Positions 9,623 through 19,671 of a stretch of 64,000 nucleotides of DNA are shown here, piece by piece. Each line of letters opens with the position of its first letter. The first letter of the stretch is position 1. Source of the DNA: Clostridiaceae bacterium (GTDB taxonomy: Bacteria > Bacillota > Clostridia > Saccharofermentanales > DTU023); the NCBI GenBank assembly GCA_012519085.1, contig JAAYQX010000061.1, positions 3,987 through 67,986 on the forward strand. Reading direction: 5' to 3'. The notes below the pieces were generated by a model. It worked only from the letters and a program-made list of their open reading frames with translations. It had not been told where the DNA came from and made no database searches. The translations under genes were made by a program, and so were the position numbers.

Positions 9623-9635
9623 TCTGTGTGCTAAA

Positions 9636-12560
9636 ATGTATCGCATGGATTCGCAGATTCGTATTAGAGGTGCCAGAGAGCACAATCTGAAAAATATTGA
9701 TGTCGATATTCCTCGGAATCGACTGGTGGTTCTGACCGGTCTGTCAGGATCGGGTAAGTCTTCGCTCGCCTTTGACACGATCTATGCCGAAGGACAGCGC
9801 CGCTATGTAGAATCACTGTCTTCATATGCCAGGCAGTTCCTAGGTCAAATGGAGAAACCGGATGTCGATCAGATAGATGGTCTGTCACCGGCGATTGCCA
9901 TTGATCAGAAGACTACCAGCAAGAACCCGCGTTCCACGGTCGGTACTGTTACGGAGATCTACGACTATCTGCGCCTACTGTATGCCCGGGTGGGCACATT
10001 GCATTGCCCGGTATGCGGTCAAGTCATTCAACGGCAGTCAATCGATCAGATCACCAATCGCTTACTGGAATGGCCGGACAAAACGCGGTTTATCATTATG
10101 GCTCCGGTTGTGCGCGGGCGCAAAGGTGAATTTGCCAAATTGCTTAAGAAGTATTGGCAAGAAGGTTTTGTGCGGGTTCGGGTGGATGGCGAGTTCCGTG
10201 ACCTGGAAGAAGATATCAAGTTAGAACTGCATAAGAAACATGAGATCGAAATTGTGGTTGACCGCTTGGTTAAACGTGAAGGCTTTGAGAGCAGGCTAAC
10301 AGATTCGTTGGAAACGGCATTGGAGTTGGCAGAAGGTCTGGTTCTGGTACAGTATCAATTACCGCGGGAAGATCAGGATGGCGATGAGAAGCTACAGGGT
10401 GAAGTGATGTTCTCAGAGCGTTTCAGTTGTCCGGACTGTGATATTGATATCGACGAAATCTCGCCCAGATCATTCAGTTTTAATAATCCCTTCGGTGCCT
10501 GTCCGCATTGTTTCGGAATCGGCGAGCTGCGCGAGATCAATCCTGATCTGATCATCTCTAATGATAAATTGTCGTTAAATGAGGGCGCTATACAGATAGC
10601 AGGCTGGCGGGTTCATGAGAAGAAGAGCTGGGGCAGAGCTTTTATTAAAGCTTTAGCGGAAAAGTATGATTTTTCGCTGGATACACCTGTACGTGATCTA
10701 GCGGACGAAATTAGAGAAATCATCCTTTTTGGTGACGGTAAAATGCTGACGATTGATACCAGTAAAACTCGCTACCCGCGTTCTAAACCTTATAAAACCA
10801 AATGGCAGGGGATCGTAGCCTCTGTGTCCAAGAGATGGCAGGAGACTAATTCAGATGAGATGAAGGCCTATTATGAGGATTATCTCTCGATATCAACCTG
10901 TCCTGTCTGTCATGGCGCCAGATTAAAGAAAGAGAGCCTCTCAGTTACCTGCGGTGGCTTGAATATTTACGAATTGACTATGTTGCCGATCGGACAGGCC
11001 CTGACCTTTCTGAAAAATATCTCTTGGGCACCTGAGCAATTGTTGATTGCTGAAGCTATTATGCGAGAGTTGGAAGCCAGACTCGGTTTTCTGATCGAAG
11101 TCGGTCTCTATTATTTGACATTGGCTAGAGCTTCAGCCACATTATCAGGCGGTGAGGCACAGCGCATCAGGCTGGCAACGCAGATTGGTTCGGGTCTGGC
11201 TGGCGTGCTCTATATTTTGGATGAACCGAGTATAGGTCTGCATCAACGAGATAATAAGCGCTTGCTGGCGACGCTGGAAAAACTGCGAGATCTCGGTAAT
11301 ACTGTGATTGTCGTTGAGCATGATGAAGAGACGATCTGGGCGGCCGATCATGTAATTGATATCGGTCCCGGAGCGGGGGAGCTGGGCGGCAGAATTGTTG
11401 CCGCAGGCAAACCCGCTAGCATAGCTGATAACGAGCAATCATTGACAGGGCAATATCTGTCCGGGCGCCGGATGATTCCGGTACCGGCCAAACGGCGGCC
11501 CCCCGGTGCCAACTGGCTGAATATTAGAGGAGCCAGAGAAAATAATCTCAAAAATTTGGATATAGATATTCCGCTGGGTTTGTTTACTTGTGTGACAGGG
11601 GTTTCCGGTTCGGGTAAGAGTTCTTTGGTTTTAAATGTTGTGCTGAGGGTTCTGGCCCACAAATTGAATCGGGCGCACAAGACTGATGTCAAAGTATCAG
11701 ATGTCATAGGACTGGAACAGCTGGATAATGTGATTGCCATTGATCAGTCACCGATCGGCAGAACACCGCGCTCAAATCCGGCAACTTATACAGGCGTTTT
11801 CGATCTGATTCGGGACTTGTTTTCACAGACCAGGGAAGCCCGGGCCAGGGGATACAAGCCGGGGCGCTTTAGCTTTAATGTCAGTGGCGGCCGTTGCGAA
11901 GCTTGTCGGGGCGATGGTGTCAACAAGATTGAAATGCATTTTTTGCCGGATGTCTATGTAAAATGTGAGGTTTGCCAAGGCAAGAGATATAATCGTGAGA
12001 CATTGGAAGTCAAATACCGGGGCAAGTCGATTGCCGATGTGTTGGAGATGACAGTTGAAGAGGCTCTGGCCTTTTTTGAGCCACTGCCTCGGATAGCCAA
12101 AAAATTGAAAACACTGTTTGATGTGGGCCTGGGTTATATTCGTCTCGGCCAGCCATCGACGGAACTTTCGGGCGGTGAAGCGCAAAGGGTCAAATTGGCA
12201 ACAGAATTGTCCAGACGTAGCACAGGGCGTACATTCTATATCCTGGACGAACCTACCACTGGGCTGCATGCTGCCGACGTTCATCGTCTGACCCAGATTC
12301 TCCAGCGTCTGGTCGCCGGAGGCAATACGGTTGTAGTGATTGAGCATAATCTCGATGTGATCAAGACTGCTGATTGGATTATTGATCTGGGTCCGGGGGG
12401 TGGGGATGGCGGCGGCGAGCTAGTCGTGGCAGGAACCCCGGAAGATGTCGCCAAACATCAAAGCTCTTATACCGGGCAGTATCTGGCTAAGATCCTAGCC
12501 CGCAAGGTTTTGCCGGACGTTCTGACCGAACCGGAGGTTATTGCCGGCAGTGACCGCTGA
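9636..12560 (+). CDS. uvrA: Excinuclease ABC subunit A
   Basis: Begins with [19 protein letters not shown], has two ABC modules (GLSGSGKSS and GVSGSGKSS; LSGGEAQR twice) and zinc-finger Cys clusters. The start is ATG 9636 (or 9645). The upstream part of the listed ORF overlaps the previous gene and its terminator. Confidence 0.95.
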   Translation: MYRMDSQIRIRGAREHNLKNIDVDIPRNRLVVLTGLSGSGKSSLAFDTIYAEGQRRYVESLSSYARQFLGQMEKPDVDQIDGLSPAIAIDQKTTSKNPRSTVGTVTEIYDYLRLLYARVGTLHCPVCGQVIQRQSIDQITNRLLEWPDKTRFIIMAPVVRGRKGEFAKLLKKYWQEGFVRVRVDGEFRDLEEDIKLELHKKHEIEIVVDRLVKREGFESRLTDSLETALELAEGLVLVQYQLPREDQDGDEKLQGEVMFSERFSCPDCDIDIDEISPRSFSFNNPFGACPHCFGIGELREINPDLIISNDKLSLNEGAIQIAGWRVHEKKSWGRAFIKALAEKYDFSLDTPVRDLADEIREIILFGDGKMLTIDTSKTRYPRSKPYKTKWQGIVASVSKRWQETNSDEMKAYYEDYLSISTCPVCHGARLKKESLSVTCGGLNIYELTMLPIGQALTFLKNISWAPEQLLIAEAIMRELEARLGFLIEVGLYYLTLARASATLSGGEAQRIRLATQIGSGLAGVLYILDEPSIGLHQRDNKRLLATLEKLRDLGNTVIVVEHDEETIWAADHVIDIGPGAGELGGRIVAAGKPASIADNEQSLTGQYLSGRRMIPVPAKRRPPGANWLNIRGARENNLKNLDIDIPLGLFTCVTGVSGSGKSSLVLNVVLRVLAHKLNRAHKTDVKVSDVIGLEQLDNVIAIDQSPIGRTPRSNPATYTGVFDLIRDLFSQTREARARGYKPGRFSFNVSGGRCEACRGDGVNKIEMHFLPDVYVKCEVCQGKRYNRETLEVKYRGKSIADVLEMTVEEALAFFEPLPRIAKKLKTLFDVGLGYIRLGQPSTELSGGEAQRVKLATELSRRSTGRTFYILDEPTTGLHAADVHRLTQILQRLVAGGNTVVVIEHNLDVIKTADWIIDLGPGGGDGGGELVVAGTPEDVAKHQSSYTGQYLAKILARKVLPDVLTEPEVIAGSDR

Positions 12561-12627
12561 TAATTGTCAGCTTTGGGCTGAGAAATCAATAAAGACGAAT
12601 TGTCTGCAGATAAATTTCCCTAAAGTA

Positions 12628-12656
12628 TTGACAAAGATATATACTTAATTTAGATA
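12628..12656 (+). promoter_or_regulatory. Putative sigma-A promoter of the clpE-like gene
   Basis: TTGACA (12628-12633), a 17-nt spacer, then TAGATA (12651-12656). The -10 element is weak. Confidence 0.35.
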
Positions 12657-12676
12657 GGGATTAAAGGGTGGTGGAC

Positions 12677-15067
12677 ATGGCTAAGTGTTCAATGTGCAAA
12701 ATAAATGAAGCGGTTATTTTTACCTCTCGCTTTAATGGCAGCGAAAGGATAGATGAGGGGCTATGTTTGAAATGTGCCTGGGATACTAATATCGGGGGCA
12801 TAGAGGAGATATTTGCCAGAGCCGGCATTAATGAATCAAATATAGATGAGCTCACAGAACGCATGAACCAAGTAATGGGTCAGATGTCCGGTCATAATAC
12901 TGAAGACCTGCTCCGTATGCTGCTGGGCAATGAAGAAGCCTTGGACGGCTTCAGCTTGCTGAATGATCAAGAGGAGATAGAGGATACAGAGGATAATGAC
13001 GAAAACGAAGAGGATAATCCCACAGGCCTGATAACGGCGAATATCGGTGGCGACAGCAATGATCTGTTTGAAGTCAAGCGCAATATCGGAAACAGACAGC
13101 GTGAACGCCGGGAAAGAAGCCGCAAACGGAAGTTCCTGGATCAATTCGGAACCAATCTTACGGATCTAGCCAAAGCCGGCAAGATGGATCGCCTGGTCGG
13201 CAGAGAAAAAGAGATCAACAGAGTGATTCAGATTTTGAATCGCCGCCAGAAGAATAATCCTGCCCTGATCGGAGAGCCGGGCGTAGGCAAGTCTGCTGTG
13301 GCAGAAGGTCTGGCAGTCCGGATTGCAGAAGGTAGGGTTCCTGTCAAATTGCTGGATGAAGAAGTATATCTCCTGGATATGACAGCCATGGTAGCCGGCA
13401 CGCAATTTCGCGGCCAGTTTGAGAGCAGGATGAAGGGCGTGGTGGATGATGCCAGGAGAGCGGGCAATATTATCCTAGTTATTGATGAGCTTCATAATAT
13501 TATGGGTGCCGGGGATGCTGAGGGCGCTATGAACGCTGCCAATATTCTTAAACCGGCGCTGGCCCGTGGTGAGATCAGAGTTATCGGCTCTACTACACTG
13601 GATGAGTATCGTCGTTTTATTGAAAAGGATTCCGCTCTGGAGCGCAGATTCCAAAGGGTTATAATTGATGAGCCATCTGAAGCGGATACTCTAGAAATCT
13701 TGCGTGGCATTAAGGACTATTACGAGCAGCACCACAATGTTTATTACTCGGATTCTGTATTGGAGACTGCAGTCAGGCTATCAGCTCGCTATATTACTGA
13801 GCGTTATTTGCCGGATAAGGCGATTGATCTGCTGGATGAGGCGGGTTCCGAAGTCAATCTCAGAAACAGCCAACTGGTAGAACTGCATGACAGACAGCAA
13901 AAACATGAGGAATTGCTCCAGGCTACAGAAGATCTGAATCGAAAACTGGGTGGTACCCTGGCAGAAGAAGACAGAGTCTCGCTTTACGAAGAACAGGCAG
14001 CCATTAAATCTCAATTACTACGTCTGGAAAGTGAGCTGGCGGGATTACAGACAGCTGCTGAACCGGTCGCAGTCACCGAGAGGGATATCGCAGAGGTAGT
14101 GGAGATGTGGACCGGCATTCCCGTAACCAGGATTTCGGAGACGGAATCTGAGCGTTTGCTGGGCCTGGAAGATAGGTTGCATCAGACAGTGATCGGCCAA
14201 CAAGAAGCAGTATCAGCGGTAGCGCGTGCCATCAGGAGACAGAGGTCTGGTCTGGTCAACAGAAATAAACCTGCCTCATTTATCTTCGTCGGTCCGACCG
14301 GTGTCGGAAAAACGGAGCTGGCCAAAGCCGTTGCTGAAGCTATGTTCGATTCCCGGGAAGCTATTGTACGCCTCGACATGTCAGAATATATGGAACCGCA
14401 TACAGTCAGCAAATTGATTGGTTCACCGCCTGGTTATGTCGGTTATGATGACGGCGGTCAGCTGACCGAACGCATCAGAAGAAAACCTTATAGTGTTATT
14501 CTGCTGGATGAGATAGAAAAAGCGCATGCAGATGTTTTCAATATGCTGTTGCAAATACTGGACGAAGGACGTCTGACTGACAGCCACGGCCGTGTGGTGA
14601 ACTTCTCCAACACATTGATTATTATGACCAGCAATGCCGGAACCTCGTTTAAGGGACACACCATCGGCTTTGGCAATCAGGAACATGAGGCTCTGACTAA
14701 CCGGGTTCATACTGTGCTACGGGAGATGTTCAGACCGGAATTTTTGAACAGGGTTGATGAAATTGTAGTTTTCCATGAATTATCTCCGAATGATTTAAGG
14801 CAGATTGTAGATCTGATGTTGGCTGAGATACAGGCTGATCTGGAGTTTAAGGGACTGAAACTAATTGTGACGGATGCAGCCCGGGATGAGTTGGTCAAGG
14901 GTGGATATAATAAAAAATACGGGGCCAGGCCTTTGCGGCGCCTGATTACCAAGACAATAGAAGACAGATTAGCTGATCTGATGCTGTCCGGAGAACTGGA
15001 AGGGGCAGCGGGGATATCCTGCGACTTCGATCAGAGCAAAGGCGAGTATAACTTTGCCTGGATTTAG
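12677..15067 (+). CDS. clpE: ClpE-type AAA+ Clp ATPase (N-terminal zinc ribbon, two AAA+ modules, ClpP-docking IGF loop)
   Basis: The N-terminus carries CSMC...(22 aa)...CLKC. Walker A motifs are [10 protein letters not shown] and [13 protein letters not shown] coiled-coil middle domain is present, and HTIGFGN supplies the IGF loop. There is no Clp_N repeat. The ATG at 12677 follows AAAGGGTGG. Confidence 0.8.
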   Translation: MAKCSMCKINEAVIFTSRFNGSERIDEGLCLKCAWDTNIGGIEEIFARAGINESNIDELTERMNQVMGQMSGHNTEDLLRMLLGNEEALDGFSLLNDQEEIEDTEDNDENEEDNPTGLITANIGGDSNDLFEVKRNIGNRQRERRERSRKRKFLDQFGTNLTDLAKAGKMDRLVGREKEINRVIQILNRRQKNNPALIGEPGVGKSAVAEGLAVRIAEGRVPVKLLDEEVYLLDMTAMVAGTQFRGQFESRMKGVVDDARRAGNIILVIDELHNIMGAGDAEGAMNAANILKPALARGEIRVIGSTTLDEYRRFIEKDSALERRFQRVIIDEPSEADTLEILRGIKDYYEQHHNVYYSDSVLETAVRLSARYITERYLPDKAIDLLDEAGSEVNLRNSQLVELHDRQQKHEELLQATEDLNRKLGGTLAEEDRVSLYEEQAAIKSQLLRLESELAGLQTAAEPVAVTERDIAEVVEMWTGIPVTRISETESERLLGLEDRLHQTVIGQQEAVSAVARAIRRQRSGLVNRNKPASFIFVGPTGVGKTELAKAVAEAMFDSREAIVRLDMSEYMEPHTVSKLIGSPPGYVGYDDGGQLTERIRRKPYSVILLDEIEKAHADVFNMLLQILDEGRLTDSHGRVVNFSNTLIIMTSNAGTSFKGHTIGFGNQEHEALTNRVHTVLREMFRPEFLNRVDEIVVFHELSPNDLRQIVDLMLAEIQADLEFKGLKLIVTDAARDELVKGGYNKKYGARPLRRLITKTIEDRLADLMLSGELEGAAGISCDFDQSKGEYNFAWI

Positions 15068-15196
15068 TATGGCCGGGCGAAGAAGAGCATAGCGCAATTT
15101 AAGCTGAGCTAAGGACGTGGAAAGTCTGTCAGCAGTGATATAGTATAGTGGTCCAAGCCATTCCGGCTAAGTGCACTAATTGGATTAGGTCTAGAG

Positions 15197-15592
15197 ATGG
15201 TATGGGAAGCAAGATTTTTACTTCAGGGTGGACAGGAAAATTCGACTTCTGATCTGTCGCAGATTGTGACGATACTAGTCAATACTCTGATTCTATTATT
15301 TCTCGCTGTCGCCGTGACGGCGGCGATCAGCTACTATTTACGGCGCCTGTCTAAAGTTACTTTACTGGAGTCATTTCACGAGCTGTTGGGTGAGAAGGTG
15401 ATTGTTACCAAGACTGCCGGTCCCGAAACAACCGGTGAGTTCCGTTCTGACAGTGGTGAAGAAGGTCAATGTCTGGCCAGCGAATGGATTTATCCCGGAA
15501 TGCCTGCCCGTATCACCAATTATCGTGACGGCATCTACAAAATCAGGCCTTTGCATGTTGATTACCGTGATTTGAGCTCAAAAAACAAATAG
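15197..15592 (+). CDS. Small membrane-anchored protein, possibly with an NfeD-like OB-fold C-terminus
   Basis: One TM segment (IVTILVNTLILLFLAVAVTAAISYY). The C-terminus GEKVIVTK...GEEGQCLASEWIYPGMPARITNYRDGIYKIRP resembles the NfeD pattern G..g.v...GE.W.A.s...i..G..v.V....G..l.V.P. Confidence 0.4.
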   Translation: MVWEARFLLQGGQENSTSDLSQIVTILVNTLILLFLAVAVTAAISYYLRRLSKVTLLESFHELLGEKVIVTKTAGPETTGEFRSDSGEEGQCLASEWIYPGMPARITNYRDGIYKIRPLHVDYRDLSSKNK

Positions 15593-15646
15593 AGCGACTG
15601 CAATGGTGTCGTACGAACAAGGCTTTTGCCAACAAAGGAGATGACC

Positions 15647-17011
15647 ATGTTAAAGTTAGATCTGAACTATCTGCAAGACTTCTTGTCTATGGCTGAGATT
15701 GAGGCTATGGAACCTTTGCTATTGTCCAGCCGGCAGACCCTTGAAAACAAAACAGGGCCGGGTGCGGAATATCTGGGCTGGCTGGATTTGCCGGTCAATT
15801 ATGACCGCGCTGAATTTGCTGCCGTCAAAGAGGCTTCAGCTGCGATCAATGAGCAAAGTGATGTTCTGATTGTCTGCGGTATCGGCGGTTCATATCTTGG
15901 TGCGCGGGCTGTAATTGAAGCTTTGACGGATCCTTTCTCTGCGCTCAAATCAAGTGGCAAACGACAGCATCCTTTAGTGCTTTATGCCGGACATCAGCTT
16001 AGCGGCTCATATTTGAAAAATCTGCTGGCTGCCTTAGAGGACCGACGGGTTTCAGTCAATATGATTTCAAAATCCGGAACGACAACTGAGCCGGCAATTG
16101 CCTTTAGGGTGTTAGAACAGTGGATGCGGGAGCGATACGGAGCTGAGGGAGCCAGAAAGAGAATTTACGCCACAACCGACAGGCAAAGGGGAGCACTGAA
16201 ACAACTGGCTGATGAGCGCGGCTATCAGACCTTTGTGGTACCTGATGATATTGGTGGGCGCTATTCAGTTCTGACTGCGGTAGGATTACTGCCAATAGCT
16301 GTTGCCGGTATTTCGCTTGATGAGCTTATGGCGGGGGCTGCCGCGGCCAGAGACAGATATGCCGGACAAGAACTGCGGCAAAATGATTGTGATCTGTATG
16401 CGGTAGTGAGAAATATTCTGCAAAAGAGGGGCTATACTACCGAGATTCTGGTCAGTTATGAGCCTGGCCTGCAGTACTTCAGTGAATGGTGGAAGCAATT
16501 GTACGGTGAGAGTGAGGGCAAGGATGGACGCGGTCTATTTCCTGCCAGCATGAGCTTTACTACTGATCTGCATTCTTTGGGCCAGTATGTTCAGGATGGG
16601 CGCCGGATTCTCATGGAGACGGTGCTACAGGTGGAGACGGCCCAAGAGGATATCGTCATTCAGAGCAGTGCTGAGGATCAGGATGGTCTGAATTATCTGG
16701 CCGGCAAAACAATGAGTGAAATCAACCGCATGGCTCTATATGGCACAGCTATGGCTCATGTAGCAGGCGGTGTGCCTGTCCAATTGTTGAAACTGTCTGA
16801 GTTGTCAGCTTTTGTTCTGGGCGAATTAATCTATTTTTTCCAGAAAGCCTGCGCTGTCAGCGGCTATCTCAATGCTGTCAATCCTTTTAATCAGCCCGGG
16901 GTTGAGAGTTATAAGCGCAATATGTATGCACTGCTGGGCAAGCCCGGCTTTGAATCCGAAAGGTTGAAGTTGGAAAAACGTCTGTCCGCCGAGGGATCTG
17001 ATCTTAGATGA
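15647..17011 (+). CDS. pgi: Glucose-6-phosphate isomerase (Bacillus-type, ~450 aa)
   Basis: Matches seen: LGWLDLP, IGIGGSYLGARA, SKSGTTTEP, GGRYSVLTAVGLLP and GESEGKDG. The ATG at 15647 lies 6 nt after AAAGGAG. Confidence 0.92.
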   Translation: MLKLDLNYLQDFLSMAEIEAMEPLLLSSRQTLENKTGPGAEYLGWLDLPVNYDRAEFAAVKEASAAINEQSDVLIVCGIGGSYLGARAVIEALTDPFSALKSSGKRQHPLVLYAGHQLSGSYLKNLLAALEDRRVSVNMISKSGTTTEPAIAFRVLEQWMRERYGAEGARKRIYATTDRQRGALKQLADERGYQTFVVPDDIGGRYSVLTAVGLLPIAVAGISLDELMAGAAAARDRYAGQELRQNDCDLYAVVRNILQKRGYTTEILVSYEPGLQYFSEWWKQLYGESEGKDGRGLFPASMSFTTDLHSLGQYVQDGRRILMETVLQVETAQEDIVIQSSAEDQDGLNYLAGKTMSEINRMALYGTAMAHVAGGVPVQLLKLSELSAFVLGELIYFFQKACAVSGYLNAVNPFNQPGVESYKRNMYALLGKPGFESERLKLEKRLSAEGSDLR

Positions 17012-19626
17012 AGCTGCCGATTCCTCGAGAAATCCTGAGACAGATTGAAAAACCTGCCCGTTATCTAGGCGGAGAATGGAATCAGATTGACAAATCCGGC
17101 TTGCCGGAAGAGAATCAGCTGATCCATTTTGCCTTTTGTTTTCCGGATATTTACGAGATTGGCATGTCCAATCTGGCTTTGCGCATTATTTATGATCTTA
17201 TCAACCGACGCGAGGATGCTTGGTGTGAAAGAGTATTTGCCCCCGCTCCTGATTTCCGCGCTGAGCTTAAAGCACATGGTATTTCTTTGTCTGCGTTAGA
17301 AAGTGGCAGAGCACTGGCGGATTTTGACATAGTAGGTTTCACATTGCAGTATGAGCTGTCTTATACCGCCGTACTCGATATGCTTGATCTGGCCGGAATT
17401 CCTCTGAGATCCTCTGAACGAGCAGAATCCGATCCGCTGGTCTGGGGTGGCGGCCCGCTGATTGTCAATGTAGAACCGATGGCTGCCTTTTTCGATCTCT
17501 TTATGCTGGGTGAGGGCGAAGAGATGATCAGTGCGCTGCTGGATCTCTATCAGAGTTGGCGGCGGAAGCCTAATCGCCAAAAACTGGATTTTCTGCTGGA
17601 AGCTGCTCGGATCCCCGGGGTATATGTTCCGGCTTTTTATGATGTCTGTTATTTACCTGATGGGAAGGTAGAGTCGATTGTGCCCAATCGGCCGGGAATT
17701 CCACCTCGGATCAGAAGGCAGATTATTGAGACGCTCGATTATTCTACTTTCCCGGAAAGACAGATTGTTCCTTTTATAGAAATTGTTCATGACCGGATGT
17801 ACCTGGAGGTTTTCCGTGGCTGCCCGCGCGGCTGCCGCTTCTGCCAGGCGGGCATGATTTACCGCCCGGTCCGTGAGCGCAGCTGGCAAAAGCTTACCGA
17901 GCTAGCCGCCACACTCTATGAAGTGACCGGCTATGATGAGATCGGTCTGCTCTCGCTCAGTAGCAGCGACTACTCGGAAATTGACGCTCTGACTGCAGCT
18001 TTGGTAGCGGATCTGACTGAGGATAAGGTAAATATTTCCCTGCCGTCACTCAGGCTGGACAGTTTCGATTTCGAGTTGATGACTAGGATTTCTGCTACTC
18101 GCAAGGCAGGTTTAACTTTTGCTCCGGAAGCCGGGACACAGCGCCTGCGCGATGTGATCAATAAGAATATCACGGAAGAGGATTTGCTTTCTGCGGCTCA
18201 GACAGCCTTTGCCGGCGGTTGGAACCGTCTGAAACTCTATTTTATGCTGGGTTTGCCAACAGAAACCAGGGAGGACGTAGCGGCTATTGCTACATTGACT
18301 TATCAACTGCTGGAGATCTATCATGAGTTGGCCAAGCTGGAAAAGCTGCGCAAACCCCAGATTACTGTGAGCACGGCCATGTTTATTCCCAAGCCCTTTA
18401 CACCTTTCCAATGGGTAGCTCAGGCCAGTCCCGAGTTGATGGCGGAACATCAGCAATTGTTGGCTGATGAACTCAAGAGTAGAGTCATCAGTTATCAATG
18501 GCATGATTTCGGCAGCAGTGTGATTGAAGCAGTTCTGGCCAGGGGTGACAGACGCCTGAGTGAAGTGATTTTTCGCAGCTGGCAGGCGGGAGGTTATCGC
18601 GATAGCTGGCGCGAAGGCTTTGATTTTTCCCGGTGGCAGAAAGCTATGGCCGATTCCGGGCTGACAATCGGGCATTATACCGGCAGCAGAAACAGACACG
18701 AAGTTTTGCCTTGGGATCATCTGGATATTGGGGTAGATAAGGACTTTCTCTGGGAGGAATATGAGAAGGCTCTGCGAGCGGAAACGACCGCCGAATGTCG
18801 AGAATCCTGTAGTCACTGCGGCGCCGAGACCTATCGCTGCGGTGTCTGTATGGAACGCGCAGTACCAAAAAGCCGCAGACAGCAGTCAAACTCATCATTT
18901 GACGAAGACGCCGACAGGCACTCCGTCACTCCTAGTGTTAGGAAAAATTTGTTTCCGGAGCGGTGTGAGGGTACGGAATGGCGACTTAGATTAACCTATT
19001 GTCGTTCAGGTGTACCTGCCTGGTTGGGGCATCTCGATATGATGCGAACGATGGAACGTCTTTTCAAGCGGGCTGATTTGCCGCTGGCCTGGTCGGAGGG
19101 TTTTAACCCGCGTCCGCTGATTGTCTTTGCCTTGCCGGCCGGAGTTGGTATCGAGCTGAAAGCGGATCTTTGTGAAGTAACTTTGAGGTCAGAATTAGTG
19201 CCGAACCCGGAACAGCTGTTATTGAGACTAAATGACGCGGCACCGCAAGGGATAGCCTTCGTTAAAGGCGAAATCAGAACAGAAACGGAACGCAGTCTAA
19301 TGGCTCAGGTCCAACAGGCGGAATACTGTTTTCAAGCTCCGGGTATTGGACCTGCTATCGCCGAACTGTTTGCCGGTTCCGGTCCTTTGCCGGTTTTGAA
19401 ATATAGCAAAAGAGGTGAGAGGGAGATTGATATCAGGCCGTTATTGCTGAAGCTGATTTCTTGGTCGGAGGATGAGGCTTTGCTGCTGGCGATGGCCGGC
19501 AGTGCGGCTAATCTGCGACCGGATTTGTTTTTGCAAGCTTTAAGTCGGGAGACAGGCTATTCAGAGTTTGAGGCCGGCCGAGCCAGGATTGTCAGAGAGC
19601 GCTTGGTGCTGAATTCTGAGACATGA
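17008..19626 (+). CDS. Radical SAM protein of the uncharacterised TIGR03960-like family, fused to a DUF2344/TIGR03936-like C-terminal domain
   Basis: 872 aa. Contains a CxxxCxxC cluster (CPRGCRFCQAG), a Cys-rich linker (CRESCSHCGAETYRCGVCM) and a C-terminal WRLRLTYCRSG...LGHLDMMRTMERLFKRA region. The start overlaps the pgi stop as ATGA. Confidence 0.8.
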   Translation: MKLPIPREILRQIEKPARYLGGEWNQIDKSGLPEENQLIHFAFCFPDIYEIGMSNLALRIIYDLINRREDAWCERVFAPAPDFRAELKAHGISLSALESGRALADFDIVGFTLQYELSYTAVLDMLDLAGIPLRSSERAESDPLVWGGGPLIVNVEPMAAFFDLFMLGEGEEMISALLDLYQSWRRKPNRQKLDFLLEAARIPGVYVPAFYDVCYLPDGKVESIVPNRPGIPPRIRRQIIETLDYSTFPERQIVPFIEIVHDRMYLEVFRGCPRGCRFCQAGMIYRPVRERSWQKLTELAATLYEVTGYDEIGLLSLSSSDYSEIDALTAALVADLTEDKVNISLPSLRLDSFDFELMTRISATRKAGLTFAPEAGTQRLRDVINKNITEEDLLSAAQTAFAGGWNRLKLYFMLGLPTETREDVAAIATLTYQLLEIYHELAKLEKLRKPQITVSTAMFIPKPFTPFQWVAQASPELMAEHQQLLADELKSRVISYQWHDFGSSVIEAVLARGDRRLSEVIFRSWQAGGYRDSWREGFDFSRWQKAMADSGLTIGHYTGSRNRHEVLPWDHLDIGVDKDFLWEEYEKALRAETTAECRESCSHCGAETYRCGVCMERAVPKSRRQQSNSSFDEDADRHSVTPSVRKNLFPERCEGTEWRLRLTYCRSGVPAWLGHLDMMRTMERLFKRADLPLAWSEGFNPRPLIVFALPAGVGIELKADLCEVTLRSELVPNPEQLLLRLNDAAPQGIAFVKGEIRTETERSLMAQVQQAEYCFQAPGIGPAIAELFAGSGPLPVLKYSKRGEREIDIRPLLLKLISWSEDEALLLAMAGSAANLRPDLFLQALSRETGYSEFEAGRARIVRERLVLNSET

Positions 19627-19671
19627 GAGGCAAAAATTGTGTATAGTGGTCTAATGGATAGGGGTGACTGA

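Noticed and set aside
9522-9635. N-terminal extension of the uvrA ORF ([14 protein letters not shown]...).
   Set aside because: It overlaps the end of the preceding membrane-protein gene and contains that gene's terminator hairpin. UvrA homology begins at [21 protein letters not shown], at ATG 9636.
9560-9640. Search for a LexA/Cheo box (GAAC-N4-GTTC) upstream of uvrA.
   Set aside because: CGAAACAGGACTTTG does not match the palindrome and belongs to the terminator hairpin.
12561-12676. Search for a CtsR operator (GGTCAAA heptad direct repeat) upstream of the clpE-like gene.
   Set aside because: Only a single GTCAAT-like half-site is present, overlapping the TTGACA -35 element on the opposite strand. 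There is no direct repeat.
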